Source of the DNA: Cyanophyceae cyanobacterium
Lineage (GTDB): Bacteria; Cyanobacteriota; Cyanobacteriia; Cyanobacteriales; Laspinemataceae
Assembly: GCA_038321985.1 (NCBI GenBank)
Contig: JBBQFN010000008.1
Location: forward strand, 64,001-128,000
Reading direction: 5' to 3'
Length of the DNA: 64,000 nt
A model generated the notes under the pieces. It saw only the letters and a list, made by a program, of their open reading frames with translations. It did not search any database and was not told the DNA's origin. The position numbers and the translations under genes were made by a program. Below are positions 10,229-21,831 of the stretch, piece by piece (position 1 is the stretch's first letter; every line of letters begins with the position of its first letter).

Positions 10229-10902
10229 TGTAGGGTAAAAATTACCCAATTTGAAGGGTCTTAATAACGATATTATCTACCCTGGCAGAGGAAATTTTAA
10301 GGGAAGCGGGCTTAAAAGTGTTCCGCTCGGGATTGATAGATGTAGAATGGAAAGTTAAGGGCGAAGTGTCTTTTGAGGGGTGTCCGCAGTAAATCAGTAA
10401 AAACTGTCCTAAATTCCTCAAAGTTTGGCGCTTGGCGGCTGTAGTCCTCGTTTTGGAGGGAAAAGCCAAATACGGTAAACTAAGGGGTTAGGCTGACACC
10501 ACCCATCCGCTTTTGGTGATGTGTGACCTTAGTCCAGGTTTTCGGATAGAGTCCCTCCCACGAATTCGCTTAACTCTTCCCGGGTGTAGAGGTATTCAGC
10601 ATTATCCTGTCTGACGGACAAATGCTACATACCTTTAGGTATTAAGCGGCTGGAGTCCTAAGAATTATGCCCGTAACGTTACATCGGGGGTGACCATCCC
10701 TGTTGTCCGGTCCGGTGGCAGAATTAACTCCGTAGAGCCCGCAGACTTCCCAAAAGCGGCGATCGCGCAGGGGTTCTGTGATGGGGGAAAATTCAAGGTG
10801 GATCGCCAGAGTGGGTTTGCGACTACAAATCAATGTTGGATAGAATTCTACAAGGATAGTATAAGCCTGAGCTGCTCAATTCTGATCAGAATAGACTTAA
10901 AT

Positions 10903-11042
10903 TATAGCGGTTTCCGGACTCATGAGGTACTCATAAAAATCAGTAGCGGAGTGCGAGTATCTTGCTCGCTCTTGAGGATAGCGAGCAAGATGCTCGCACT
11001 CCTAATAACTATCGGTACTTCATAACTCTAGAAAATGCTATA
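10903..11042 (+). mobile_element. 136-bp MITE, copy 1 (TA target duplication, imperfect TIRs, internal GC-rich hairpin)
   Basis: TA|tagcggtttccggactcatgaggtac...gtacttcataactctagaaaatgcta|TA; inner palindrome ggagtgcgagtatcttgctcgct...agcgagcaagatgctcgcactcc; second copy at 54624-54763. Confidence 0.85.
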
Positions 11043-11134
11043 GAAGGATTCTCTCCAATCCCCAACTTCAATTCCTGTTTCTGTAAATGTTTACTTGATA
11101 TTAATTTCACAAAATTGGCAAGGAGAAGAGAACA

Positions 11135-14100
11135 GTGCTGGGATTCTTCGACAATCTTTTATCGCCTCGTTACTATATTCCACACGGCCATTGTTACCTT
11201 TGGCAAACGCCCCTTGTTGCACTGCATCTAGTTAGCGATGCGCTAATTGCGATCGCGTACTTCTCCATTCCTGCGATGTTAATTTACTTCATTTACAAAC
11301 GCAGAGATATTGCTTTTTCTAGCGTTTTTGCTATGTTTGGAGCATTTATCGTCCTCTGCGGAGTGGGCCATTTATTAGATATTTGGACCCTTTGGCATCC
11401 AGATTATTGGGTTTCGGGTATAGAACGAGCAATCACAGCACTGGTATCTTGCTATACGGCGTTAAGACTGGTGGAACTTCTCCCTCAATTTCTATCCTTG
11501 AGAACCCCAGAACAGCTGGAAGCCGTGAATAAAGAGTTACAGAAACAAGTAGCAGAACGGCAACGAACCGAAAAAATACTCCAGGCTCTCGTGACTGGAA
11601 CTGCATCCGTTACGGGAAAAGATTTTTTTCCGGCCCTGGTTCAAAACTTAGCCAAGGCTTTAAATGTTAAGTATGTTATTGTGTCAGAAAAAAGTCCCAA
11701 TCAAGACCGAACCTTGCAGACGCTTGGATTCTGGTCGGGGGAGAATTTAGGAGATAATTTCAATTACGATTTTAGGGAAAAGCCTTGCAATTTTATTGCT
11801 TATAATCGGGAGTTTGCCTGCTATCCTAATGAGTTACAGAAGCATTTTCCCCAAGACATGATGCTCAAAGAAATAGAGGCAGAAAGCTATTTGGGCGTTT
11901 CTTTATTAGATGCCAATCAACAGGCGATCGGAAACCTTTGTATTCTCGATGTAAAACCGTTAGTGGGGGAAGAGCAAGCCCGAGCCATTATGAGTGTTTT
12001 TGCCGCACGAGCCGCTACGGAACTACAACGCAAATGGGCAGAGGAAGAGAAACGTTGCGCCTATGAAGAATTAGAATTTAGGGTTGAGAAGCGCACCGCA
12101 GAATTGGTGGCAGTCAACTCTACCTTAGAAACCGAAATTCAAGAGCGGATTGATATAGAAGCGGCACTCCGGGTGATGGCTGAACGGGAAAAAACGATTT
12201 CACTCATCATCCAACGGATGCGAGAAAGTTTGAATTTAGACATGATTTTTCAGGCGACAAGCTGTGAACTTCGACAAGCAATTCACTGCGATCGCGTTGT
12301 AATTTATCGCTTTAATCCCGATTGGAGTGGGGTATTAGTCTCCGAGTCCGTCACTGAAGGTTGGGATGTATTACTGCCCGAACAAGCCAATGACCCCATC
12401 TTGACTCAAGTCACTACTGATGCATCCGGTTGTGTCCTGACTGCAATGAATTCCTCTCATATCCACCTCAAAGACACTTACCTGCAAGAACATCAAGGCG
12501 GAATTTATCGTCAAAAGCAGACCTTTTGTTCCGTAGCTGATATTTATAAAGCGGGCTTTACCCCCTGCTATCTGAATTTTTTAACCCAACTAAAGGCAAG
12601 GGCTTATGTCATTGCCCCTATTTTTTCAGGGAATACACTTTGGGGTTTACTGGGAGTTTATGAAAATAGCGGCCCTAGAGACTGGAAAGAGGCTGAAGTA
12701 AAAATTGTCACCCAAATAGGGAATCAACTGGGAGTAGCAGTCCAACAAGCCGAACTTTTTTCCCAAACCCAAAAACAAGCAGAAGAATTGCAGCGTACCG
12801 CTGAGGCAGCCAACGCAGCCAACCGCGCTAAAAGTGAATTTTTAGCGAACATGAGTCACGAACTTAGAACTCCGCTGAATGCAATTTTAGGATTTACTCA
12901 ACTCATGCAAAGAGATATTTCTTTAGCTTCTTTGCATCAAGGATATGTTGATATCATTAATAAAAGTGGAGAGCATCTACTCGCCCTAATTAACGATGTT
13001 CTAGAAATGTCTAAAATTGAAGCTGGACGAGTTACCTTAAACAAGAGTCAATTTGACTTACCGAAGCTGGTGTATAGCTTGGAATCGATGTTACAACTCA
13101 AAGCTAAATCCAAAGGTTTAAGCCTGAAATTTCAGGTGCAATCTACTCTGCCGCAATATATTCACGGGGATGAAAATAAATTGCGGCAAGTGTTGATTAA
13201 TCTGCTCGGAAATGCCATCAAATTTACGGATAGAGGCGGAGTAAACCTCCGGATATCCAACTCACAGTTTAAGCTGGAAACCGATCCAGTTGACCAAGCT
13301 ACTTTACAATTTGAAGTAGAAGATACGGGCCCGGGAATCAGTTCCGAAGAAATCCAAGAACTATTTCAACCATTTCAGCAAACCAGAGTTGGGCGGCAAT
13401 CTCAAGAAGGAACGGGTTTAGGACTCAGAATTTCTCAAAAATTTGTGCAATTAATGGGAGGAAAAATTACCGTTACGAGTACCGTGGGCAAAGGCAGTTG
13501 CTTTAGATTTGATATCCCCATCGGTGTAGCTCAAAGCAATTCTGTTTATATCTCCTGTGATCTCAACGGTGCGCTTCGGTTGGCACCGGGACAACCCAGT
13601 TATCGAATTTTAGTGGTTGAAGATAACCCGATTAACCGATTACTATTAGTCACATTATTGAATGACCTAGGCGTTGAAATTCAGGAAGCGGAAAATGGTC
13701 AAGTGGCGATCGCCACTTGGAAACAGTGGCATCCCCACCTCATTTTTATGGATATGCATATGCCAACCATGAATGGATATGAGGCAACCCGACGCATTAA
13801 ACAATTCCAAGCTACCCCAAGCGAATCGACGAGTGATTTACCCCCGGTTCCTCCGATCATCGCAATTACCGCGAGTGCCTTTTCAGAAAATCGAGAAGAA
13901 TGTTTACAAGTTGGATGCGATGATTTCGTCAGTAAGCCCTTTCGTCGGGAAGAAATTTTGGCTACCCTCACGAAGTATTTAGGAGCACAATATTCCTATC
14001 AGGAAGTGATTATTAATGCCACTTCTTCCCCCTCTCCTCATAGAGAACTCGATTGCCCACTGGATGCAGATGCACTCAATTTTATGCCCGTAGATTGGGT

Positions 14101-14278
14101 CCAGCAATTTTACAATGCCGTTGCTCAAGGCAGCGATACTCTAGCATTAGAACTCGTCAATGAAATTCCCGCTCAACGCTCTGAGCTGATTGTAACCTTA
14201 ACCCATCTCTTAGAAAACTACCAATTTGATCGGTTAATAGAGCTGGTGCAACCTGAATCTCGGACCCTCTATACTTAA
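11135..14278 (+). CDS. Hybrid sensor histidine kinase: ethylene-binding TM domain, GAF, cyanobacteriochrome GAF, HisKA/HATPase, REC
   Basis: SDALIAIAYFSIP and FGAFIVLCGVGHLL (ETR1-like); DRVVIYRF...DTYLQ...DIYKAGFTPCY; FLANMSHELRTPLN; NLLGNAIKFT; GTGLGL; IFMDMHMP. Confidence 0.93.
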   Translation: MLGFFDNLLSPRYYIPHGHCYLWQTPLVALHLVSDALIAIAYFSIPAMLIYFIYKRRDIAFSSVFAMFGAFIVLCGVGHLLDIWTLWHPDYWVSGIERAITALVSCYTALRLVELLPQFLSLRTPEQLEAVNKELQKQVAERQRTEKILQALVTGTASVTGKDFFPALVQNLAKALNVKYVIVSEKSPNQDRTLQTLGFWSGENLGDNFNYDFREKPCNFIAYNREFACYPNELQKHFPQDMMLKEIEAESYLGVSLLDANQQAIGNLCILDVKPLVGEEQARAIMSVFAARAATELQRKWAEEEKRCAYEELEFRVEKRTAELVAVNSTLETEIQERIDIEAALRVMAEREKTISLIIQRMRESLNLDMIFQATSCELRQAIHCDRVVIYRFNPDWSGVLVSESVTEGWDVLLPEQANDPILTQVTTDASGCVLTAMNSSHIHLKDTYLQEHQGGIYRQKQTFCSVADIYKAGFTPCYLNFLTQLKARAYVIAPIFSGNTLWGLLGVYENSGPRDWKEAEVKIVTQIGNQLGVAVQQAELFSQTQKQAEELQRTAEAANAANRAKSEFLANMSHELRTPLNAILGFTQLMQRDISLASLHQGYVDIINKSGEHLLALINDVLEMSKIEAGRVTLNKSQFDLPKLVYSLESMLQLKAKSKGLSLKFQVQSTLPQYIHGDENKLRQVLINLLGNAIKFTDRGGVNLRISNSQFKLETDPVDQATLQFEVEDTGPGISSEEIQELFQPFQQTRVGRQSQEGTGLGLRISQKFVQLMGGKITVTSTVGKGSCFRFDIPIGVAQSNSVYISCDLNGALRLAPGQPSYRILVVEDNPINRLLLVTLLNDLGVEIQEAENGQVAIATWKQWHPHLIFMDMHMPTMNGYEATRRIKQFQATPSESTSDLPPVPPIIAITASAFSENREECLQVGCDDFVSKPFRREEILATLTKYLGAQYSYQEVIINATSSPSPHRELDCPLDADALNFMPVDWVQQFYNAVAQGSDTLALELVNEIPAQRSELIVTLTHLLENYQFDRLIELVQPESRTLYT

Positions 14279-14280
14279 AC

Positions 14281-14724
14281 ATGATGGTAAATGAATCCCC
14301 AACCCCTAACCCAACAATAGAAAATCCCGTCGATATTTTAATTGTGGATGATATTCCTGACAACATCCGGCTGCTCTCACGAATTTTAGTAAAACGGGGA
14401 TATCATACCCGAAAAGCCATCAATGGTCTAATGGCACTTACGGCGATTGAATCTTCTAAACCGAACCTAATTCTGTTAGATGTTCAAATGCCAGAAATGA
14501 ACGGTTATGAACTTTGTGAAGTGATTAAATCCAATCCAGAAACTGCTGATATTCCCATCATCTTTTTAAGCGCAAATAATGATAGTTCAGCTAAACAAAA
14601 AGCGCTAAAATTAGGAGGAGCCGCTTATCTTACTAAGCCTTTTAATATAGAAGAATTGGTGCGATGTATTCAAAAGCAGATAGAACTTCTCTCTATTGAG
14701 CCAATTAATCAAATGACTCCGTAA
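14281..14724 (+). CDS. Single-domain response regulator (REC)
   Basis: ILIVDD, ILLDVQMPEMNG, IIFLSA, YLTKPF; starts 2 bp after the hybrid kinase stop. Confidence 0.93.
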   Translation: MMVNESPTPNPTIENPVDILIVDDIPDNIRLLSRILVKRGYHTRKAINGLMALTAIESSKPNLILLDVQMPEMNGYELCEVIKSNPETADIPIIFLSANNDSSAKQKALKLGGAAYLTKPFNIEELVRCIQKQIELLSIEPINQMTP

Positions 14725-15044
14725 AGTTTTATCAAGCCTTGACGAACCGTCGCCGACATTGGGAAGATAAAATTAAACCCCCTAGAATTATCCACCTTTC
14801 CCGGTAAAAGGGAAGCCACTAAAACTGTCTACGAACGCTTAAAACCGGGGGAGCATTTCCTTTAAACGCAGAGCCGATAAAAGCCAAAGGCAGAGGCCAA
14901 TCGATGACTTATGAGTTGAGCAGCTAAGGGCAAGCCCGCACAGATAGGAAAGCTCAGGAAAGGGGGGAAGAAGGAGAAACCAGAGCAAGTCATGATTAAG
15001 AAGGGCTTGCGATCTGTACCCTCCTCCCCCTCTTCCCAATTTAC

Positions 15045-18000
15045 CTAAGCCTTTACAGGCACCTTCTCAACCATTGCTCCCGTGGATGCCTCTGGGCTAT
15101 CTGCTTCCGATGGTGGGACAACTTGCCAGAACTTCGGTAAATACTCCGTCCAGTTGTCCAAAATCCGAGAAGCCTTCTGGCTGCCTGTGTGTTCGCGGTG
15201 CATTTGAATCAGGTCCTTCAACTGGGCCTCACCTGCTGGGGTGAGGACCCGCTGCACGTTGACAATCTCCCGATTCACCAACTCCTCAAAACTGCCCTCT
15301 TCATCGAGGAAATAGGCTAATCCCCCAGTCATCCCGGCCCCAACATTGCGGCCCGTTTTGCCCAAGACAACGATAACGCCCCCGGTCATGTACTCACAGG
15401 CATGGTCCCCGGCCCCTTCAATGACGGCCTTAGCCATTGAATTTCGCACCGCAAACCGTTGTCCGGCTTGACCCCGTGCGAGCAGAAATCCTCCAGTGGC
15501 TCCATAGAGGCAGGTATTCCCGACGATCGCATTTTCCCCCGGGTCATAAGTCGCGCCCTCGGGTGGCACGACTACTAAAATACCCCCGGTCATGCCCTTA
15601 CCTACATAATCGTTTGCTTCCCCTTCCAAGCGCAGGGTGACCCCGGAAACATTAAATGCCCCAAAGCTTTGTCCCGCAGCCCCTTGAAACGTCAGACGAA
15701 TCTGGCCGCCAAACCCATTATTTCCGTAGGTAGAGGCAATTTCCCCGGCTAGACGCGCCCCCACTGAGCGGTCTGTATTCACAATCGGCATAGTCTTTTC
15801 GACCTGGGATTGAGTCGCGATCGCCTTCGTAATCTGAGCATCTGCCAGTAAATCATCCTCCAAAACCGGCCCATTGCTATGCACGGGTCCATGATTTAAC
15901 CAACTGCGATCGCCTCGGGTATCCGGCAACAGCTTCGTAATTACATCCAAACTCAGCCCCTGAGTCTTGGTCAACTGCACCGATTCCCGCACTTTGAGCA
16001 AATCTCCGCGTCCAATCACCTCGGCTACAGACCGATATCCCAACATTGCCAACAATTGCCGGACTTCTTCCCCTACAAAATAGAAGAAATTCACCACGTG
16101 CTCCGGGATGCCGGTAAACCGCGCCCGCAACTTCTCCTGCTGCGTCGCGACCCCGACAGGACAGTTGTTCGTATGACAAATCCGGGCCATGATGCAGCCT
16201 TCGGCAATCATTGCAATACTGCCAAAGCCAAACTCTTCGGCCCCCATCAAAGCCGCAATCAGGACATCCCAGCCACTTTTTAACCCGCCATCGGTCCGCA
16301 GCACCACGCGATCGCGCAGTCCATTGCTCATCAAAACCCGCTGCACTTCCGCTAAACCCAACTCCCACGGGGTCCCGGCGTGTTTAATCGAACTTAACGG
16401 GGAAGCACCTGTACCGCCGTCATGTCCGGAAATCTGGATAATATCGGCATTGGCTTTAGCCACCCCAGCGGCGATCGTGCCAATACCAATTTCCGAGACC
16501 AACTTCACCGAAACCCCCGCCTTCGGATTGATTTGGTGCAGGTCAAAAATTAACTGGGCCAAATCCTCAATACTGTAGATATCGTGGTGCGGTGGCGGCG
16601 AAATCAGGGGAACTCCAGCCTTGGACCGACGCAACATGGCAATATAGGGACTGACTTTTTTCCCGGGCAACTGTCCCCCTTCTCCGGGTTTAGCCCCTTG
16701 CGCCATTTTAATTTCGATTTGCTTGGCACTCATCAGGTACTCGGGAGTCACTCCAAAGCGACCAGAGGCGACCTGTTTAATTGCCGAAGAAGCCGTATCC
16801 CCATTTTGCAAACCGTTCAGATGGGGTAAGGATGGCGAGTGTCCTTGGTCATCCACATCAGCCAACACCCCAAACCGCACAGGGTCTTCGCCGCCTTCCC
16901 CGGAATTAGACTTACCCCCAATCCGGTTCATAGCGACTGCCAGCACCTCATGAGCCTCCCGAGAGAGTGCCCCGAGGGACATTCCGCCGGTGCAGAACCG
17001 TTTGAGAATTTCTGCCACGGGTTCGACTTCATCAATGGAAATAGAAGGGCGATCGCTCTGGAAATCCAACAAATCCCGCAATGCCGTCGGCGGACGTTCG
17101 GCTAAATATTGTTTATAGAGTTGATAATGCTCATACCCTCCCCCCGAACCTTTGGTATCGGCGACGGCTTTATGCAGCGCCTTCGACATTTCCGGGGAAT
17201 TCATGTGATATTCACCGCCGGGGCGATATTGCACAAACCCTTCATTTTGCAATTTCTTACCCACCGGTTGGGGGAATGCCTTATCGTGAAATGCCCCCAA
17301 TTCTGAACCTAACTCAGCGACACTCAACCCCCCAATCTGAGAGGCAGTCCCGACAAAGGCCAAATCCAGCAACTCCCGCCCAATTCCAATTGCCTCAAAA
17401 ATTTGAGCGCCGTGATAACTCGACAGCAGGGAAATCCCCATTTTGGAGAGAATCTTCAACAGTCCCGCCTCAATCGCATGACGGTAATTTTCCTGGGACT
17501 GCTCCAGGGTCACCTCGGGCAACTTACCCCGTTCCATCAATTTCTGAGTTTTGCCGTCTTGATGCCAGTGGCGCACCGCCTCTAACGCCAAATACGGACA
17601 AACTGCCGACGCCCCATATCCAATCAAACAAGCAAAATGATGGGTACTCCAACACTGGGCCGTATTCACGACCAAAGAAGCATGGCAGCGCAATCCCACC
17701 CGAATCAGGGCATGATGAACCGCCCCAACCGCCACTAAAGGGGGAATATAAGTCCGGTCTGGGTTGGGTCCGTGAGCATCACTCAGAATCAGAATATTCG
17801 CACCGTTTCGCACCGCTTCTGCCGCTTGATTGCACAGATGTTCCACTGCTGCACCCAACTCTCCGGGGTTGGTGCTCACGGGAAATAAAGTGGAGAGAGT
17901 AACCGTATGAGGGCGGGATTCAAGCTGACGTAAATCCGCCTCATTCAGCACCGGAGAATCAATTTCTAGCTGTCCGGCAAACTCCGGCTTGACTTCCAGA

Positions 18001-19745
18001 AGATTTCCCCGGACTCCCAAGTGCATCCGCAGGGACATCACCAGACTTTCTCGCAACGGGTCAATCGGGGGATTCGTGACTTGGGCAAACCGTTGTTTGA
18101 AATAGTCGTAAAGCAGCCGGGGTTTTTGAGACAGGATTGCCAGGGGGATATCGTCTCCCATACAGAAAGTTGGTTCTTTCCCCATTGCTGCCATTTCTTC
18201 TACAATCATTTCCACATCTTCGCTGGTGTAGCCGAAGGCGGTTTGCGAGGAAAGTAGTTGTTCGGGCGTGAGTTGAGGGGCCGTCAGTGGGGTTTGGCGA
18301 TGGAGGTGTTCTTGATGTTGAGCCAACCATTCACCGTAGGGGTGAGCTTGAGCAATCCGTTCTTTGACTTCCCAGTTTTTGAGGACTTCATGGGTAGTCA
18401 GGTCTACCACGAGGGTTTGACCGGGACCGAGACGACCTTTTTCGATAATGTCGGCTTCTGGGATATTGACCACACCTGCTTCAGAGGCGACCATGACTAA
18501 GCCATCGCGGGCGATCGCATAGCGGGCGGGGCGTAAACCGTTGCGATCGAGGGTTGCCCCTACTTGTTGACCATCGCTATAGGCAATCAGTGCCGGACCA
18601 TCCCAGGGTTCCTGAATGCCGCTGTAGTATTCATAGAAATCCACAATAGACTGACGATTCTTCAGTTCCGGCTGATTTCGATAGGCTTCCGGGACCATAA
18701 TCATCAGAGCTTCACTGGCTCCAAAACCCGAGCGCACCAGCAGTTCCATGACATTATCCAAGTTTGCCGAGTCGCTATTGTCTGGGTTGACCAGGGGTTT
18801 AAGTTGTTCAATCTTCTCGCCCCACAGCGGCGACTGTAAATCCACCTGCCGCGCCATCATCCAGTTAATATTGCCCAACAGGGTATTAATTTCGCCATTG
18901 TGGCCCAACAACCGCATCGGCTGCGCTAAGGGCCATCGGGGGAGGGTGTTTGTACTAAACCGACGATGATAGACTGCAAAGGCGCTGGTGTAGGACTCAT
19001 CCAGCAGGTCCAGGTAAAAATCAGCCAGGACCGCAGAACGGACCATGCCTTTATAGACAATCGTCCGCTGGGAGAAGGAGCAGATATAAAAATCTTGTCC
19101 CCAAATGATTGCCGGGTGGTTGCTTTGGCTGTTGACCGGAGCCTTGAGCGCTGACCCGATGGCGCGGCGGGTCAGGTAGAGATGTCGTTCCAACTCATCC
19201 CCCGTCTTGTCCGAAGAATGAACAAAAACTTGCTCAATATGAGGCTGGTTTTCTCGCGCTTGCACCCCCAGGACTTCCGGACGCACGGGGACCTTTCGCC
19301 ATCCCAACAGTTGCAAATTATAAGTGGCGATCGTCTCTTCTACAATCTGACGCGCCACCTGTTGCGACACCGGGTCCTGGGAGAAAAACACCATCCCCAC
19401 CCCAATCGATTCCCGGGGAATGGGGTTTGGGCTATGCTCTAGTAACCAAGGCGCAAAGAGTTCCCACGGAATAGCCGTCATCAGTCCGGCCCCATCTCCC
19501 GAATCCCGGTCAGCGGAACAACCCCCGCGATGTTCCAGACAGGTCAGGGCATTGAGTGCCATTGAGACAATGGACCGGCTGGGAACGTTTTGGGGATTGG
19601 CGATATAGCCGACTCCACAGGCGTCTCGTTCTTCAACTAACCAAGGTTGACCTAGGTACCCGAACTCTTGAATGCTATTTGATGAAGTATTGGATACAGA
19701 GGCGAACTCATTGATGCCGTTCGATTGAGTGTTTTTGTTGGGCAT
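15045..19745 (-). CDS. gltB: Ferredoxin-dependent glutamate synthase (large-subunit type)
   Basis: DACGVG N-terminal Cys, [64 protein letters not shown]-terminal domain. Confidence 0.98.
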   Translation of the reverse strand: MPNKNTQSNGINEFASVSNTSSNSIQEFGYLGQPWLVEERDACGVGYIANPQNVPSRSIVSMALNALTCLEHRGGCSADRDSGDGAGLMTAIPWELFAPWLLEHSPNPIPRESIGVGMVFFSQDPVSQQVARQIVEETIATYNLQLLGWRKVPVRPEVLGVQARENQPHIEQVFVHSSDKTGDELERHLYLTRRAIGSALKAPVNSQSNHPAIIWGQDFYICSFSQRTIVYKGMVRSAVLADFYLDLLDESYTSAFAVYHRRFSTNTLPRWPLAQPMRLLGHNGEINTLLGNINWMMARQVDLQSPLWGEKIEQLKPLVNPDNSDSANLDNVMELLVRSGFGASEALMIMVPEAYRNQPELKNRQSIVDFYEYYSGIQEPWDGPALIAYSDGQQVGATLDRNGLRPARYAIARDGLVMVASEAGVVNIPEADIIEKGRLGPGQTLVVDLTTHEVLKNWEVKERIAQAHPYGEWLAQHQEHLHRQTPLTAPQLTPEQLLSSQTAFGYTSEDVEMIVEEMAAMGKEPTFCMGDDIPLAILSQKPRLLYDYFKQRFAQVTNPPIDPLRESLVMSLRMHLGVRGNLLEVKPEFAGQLEIDSPVLNEADLRQLESRPHTVTLSTLFPVSTNPGELGAAVEHLCNQAAEAVRNGANILILSDAHGPNPDRTYIPPLVAVGAVHHALIRVGLRCHASLVVNTAQCWSTHHFACLIGYGASAVCPYLALEAVRHWHQDGKTQKLMERGKLPEVTLEQSQENYRHAIEAGLLKILSKMGISLLSSYHGAQIFEAIGIGRELLDLAFVGTASQIGGLSVAELGSELGAFHDKAFPQPVGKKLQNEGFVQYRPGGEYHMNSPEMSKALHKAVADTKGSGGGYEHYQLYKQYLAERPPTALRDLLDFQSDRPSISIDEVEPVAEILKRFCTGGMSLGALSREAHEVLAVAMNRIGGKSNSGEGGEDPVRFGVLADVDDQGHSPSLPHLNGLQNGDTASSAIKQVASGRFGVTPEYLMSAKQIEIKMAQGAKPGEGGQLPGKKVSPYIAMLRRSKAGVPLISPPPHHDIYSIEDLAQLIFDLHQINPKAGVSVKLVSEIGIGTIAAGVAKANADIIQISGHDGGTGASPLSSIKHAGTPWELGLAEVQRVLMSNGLRDRVVLRTDGGLKSGWDVLIAALMGAEEFGFGSIAMIAEGCIMARICHTNNCPVGVATQQEKLRARFTGIPEHVVNFFYFVGEEVRQLLAMLGYRSVAEVIGRGDLLKVRESVQLTKTQGLSLDVITKLLPDTRGDRSWLNHGPVHSNGPVLEDDLLADAQITKAIATQSQVEKTMPIVNTDRSVGARLAGEIASTYGNNGFGGQIRLTFQGAAGQSFGAFNVSGVTLRLEGEANDYVGKGMTGGILVVVPPEGATYDPGENAIVGNTCLYGATGGFLLARGQAGQRFAVRNSMAKAVIEGAGDHACEYMTGGVIVVLGKTGRNVGAGMTGGLAYFLDEEGSFEELVNREIVNVQRVLTPAGEAQLKDLIQMHREHTGSQKASRILDNWTEYLPKFWQVVPPSEADSPEASTGAMVEKVPVKA

Positions 19746-20710
19746 TGTTTTTGGGGTAGATGATGGAGTGGGAATTTTAGATTTTAGGTTTTAGAGTTTA
19801 AAGGGTTAAAGCCGTCAGCTTTTAATCATAAATTTATTTTTTATACGGGTTCTGTAATTTTGGGAGGGAAACAATCCGCTGTTAGTCCAGCGCGATCGCC
19901 CACGTTTGCTGTACCTTTGCTGTACCTTCACTCCATCACTGGCGCTCTTGCATATTGAGAGTCTTGTTAATTAATTTTAGAAGGTTTTCTGGCAATTTTT
20001 AATTCCGGTTTGACTTGAGCATTTTTTTGAAGGATGCCTCTAAATCTCCCTTAAAATGGAGGTCTTTCTAGGTTCCCCTTGTTGAGAACCCTTTACCCTC
20101 TTGCTTAATTTCGCGATGGCAGCCCCCTTAAAAACACAGGGGCCAGAGAAGGTAATATCAGATCAAAGGGAGTTACGGATAGCTTAAAGCGATGGGTACG
20201 GATTAAAAATCATATAGAAATAACGTTGCTCTGACAATCCCCGGGTTTAAGATTTTGCAACGGGTGAACAGCAGGGGGTTCGATGGGACTTAAAGGCGGT
20301 GCGGTGCCGGTGTATTGGGCTGAGGTGACTGTCGCTTAGACATTGAGCGCCCGGTTCAAAATTTAAAGAGGGAGAAAGTCCGGAGAGTTAGAAATTAAAG
20401 ATTCAATGTAGATTGGGCCAATCTATCTGCCGGACGACTGACAAGGACTTTCTGGCTTGTTATGGTGGAGTTATAGAGGGTTCGGGAAGGCCCTGGGTTC
20501 TGTACCGGGATTAAATTCCTTATTTTAATTAATTTTTGCTCTCCAGGGGAAATATATCTTTAGAAGTAGACCCGAGCGCATCCTGGGCTGCTCAAGGTTA
20601 GAAAATTTCTCGGTGTGCAGATGAACCCAAATTAAGCCGAACGGCGATCGCCAGAATGGACCTGATGCGGCTTGCCCACTCTCAAACCAATTATGATGGA
20701 GACTCAAACA

Positions 20711-21124
20711 ATGGCTAATGCTCAAGAAATTCTTCCCCTGCGGGCAACCTCTGTTTCCTCGGCAGCCTCTACAATGGTTGCCGCGACCGAACTGCGCCCT
20801 TGGGGTTCGTTCACGGTTTTAGAAGATGCTAAGGGATATAAAATCAAGCGGATCGAAGTCAAACCCGGTCACCGCCTCAGCTTGCAAATGCACCACCATC
20901 GTAGCGAACATTGGATCGTTGTTTGTGGGACCGCCCGGGTGGTTTGCGGAGACCAAGAACTAATGCTGACCAGCAATCAGTCTACTTATGTGCCCCAATG
21001 TACCAATCATCGCCTAGAAAATCCTGGGGTAATTCCTTTGATTTTGATTGAGGTTCAAAATGGGGAATATTTGGGTGAAGATGATATCGTGCGTTTCCAA
21101 GATGACTACGCCCGGGCAAAATAG
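20711..21124 (+). CDS. Cupin protein (mannose-6-phosphate isomerase type II C-terminal-like)
   Basis: RPWGSF, LSLQMHHHRSEHWIVV, HRLENPG, EVQNGEYLGEDDIVRFQDDY; ATG 20711 after ggaga. Confidence 0.9.
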   Translation: MANAQEILPLRATSVSSAASTMVAATELRPWGSFTVLEDAKGYKIKRIEVKPGHRLSLQMHHHRSEHWIVVCGTARVVCGDQELMLTSNQSTYVPQCTNHRLENPGVIPLILIEVQNGEYLGEDDIVRFQDDYARAK

Positions 21125-21189
21125 CTGTAAAAACTTCGCCTTTTGATGGGGTGGGGACTGGGTTGGGATTTTTATAAAAATTAAGACTG

Positions 21190-21223
21190 AAATCGCCCTT
21201 TACGCAGGTAGGGGGCGATTTTT
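21190..21223 (+). terminator. Intrinsic terminator
   Basis: aaatcgccc...gggcgattttt. Confidence 0.6.
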
Positions 21224-21316
21224 GCGGGTAAATTAAAAAGCATTCACCTGTACGTTTGAGTCACGATCGCGGTAAAATTGCGATCGCTGATAACGAAACC
21301 CAATCTCCACCCATTC

Positions 21317-21661
21317 ATGATTCAGCTGAGTAAAGCAGCCGTTACCGAAATTAAACGCATCCAGTCCAAGCAGTCTAACCCAAATGTCTGGTTTCGTCTC
21401 GGGGTTGAAACGGGGGGTTGTGCGGGGTGGTACTATACGATGGAGTTTGACGAACAGTGCAACCCCGATGATCTCATCTGTGAGTGCGATGGCGTTCAAG
21501 TGACGGTCGATAGCCGCATCCTCGACGACTATCTCAACGGCCTGACTCTAGATTACTCGCAAGATTTGATGGGAGGGGGGTTCCGCTTCCACAACCCCAA
21601 GGCTGCAAAGACTTGTGGCTGTGGTAATTCCTTCTCTATAATTGAGTCCTCGACACCCTAG
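21317..21661 (+). CDS. iscA: HesB/IscA-family Fe-S assembly accessory protein
   Basis: GGCAGWYY, LDYSQDLMGGGFRFHNP, TCGCGNSF. Confidence 0.92.
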   Translation: MIQLSKAAVTEIKRIQSKQSNPNVWFRLGVETGGCAGWYYTMEFDEQCNPDDLICECDGVQVTVDSRILDDYLNGLTLDYSQDLMGGGFRFHNPKAAKTCGCGNSFSIIESSTP

Positions 21662-21751
21662 GAACCCGCTGGGGTGAACCCTTCAATCTTTGATGGTCCT
21701 GAGTGGGATTTTTATCCCCTACTATTTTTGATTGTTTTTCTGCCCTAAAAA

Positions 21752-21781
21752 TTGACAGGGGCTACCAGGGTAAGATATAAT
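21752..21781 (+). promoter_or_regulatory. Sigma70-type promoter of the str operon
   Basis: TTGACA-N18-TATAAT about 50 bp upstream of rpsL. Confidence 0.75.
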
Positions 21782-21831
21782 TGTAGATTGTTGTCAACTT
21801 GATCCTTGAAAACCTGAATACCCCATAACTC

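Noticed and set aside
10460..10700. Possible IscB/IsrB omega-RNA or group II intron fragment
   Set aside because: No RRXRR/HNH/TnpB or RT ORF nearby and no recognisable termini; kept only as a generic structured region.
10242..11231. Short ORFs in the panC/cmk-kinase spacer
   Set aside because: They run through a MITE and hairpins and have no homology cues or clear RBS.
15437..19608. Many plus-strand ORFs (up to 273 aa) inside gltB
   Set aside because: Antisense shadows of a long GC-rich gene with no recognisable motifs.
20360..20400. gaaagtccgg resembling the RNase P RNA signature
   Set aside because: Only a short match; the rest of the rnpB consensus and its 3' motif were not found.
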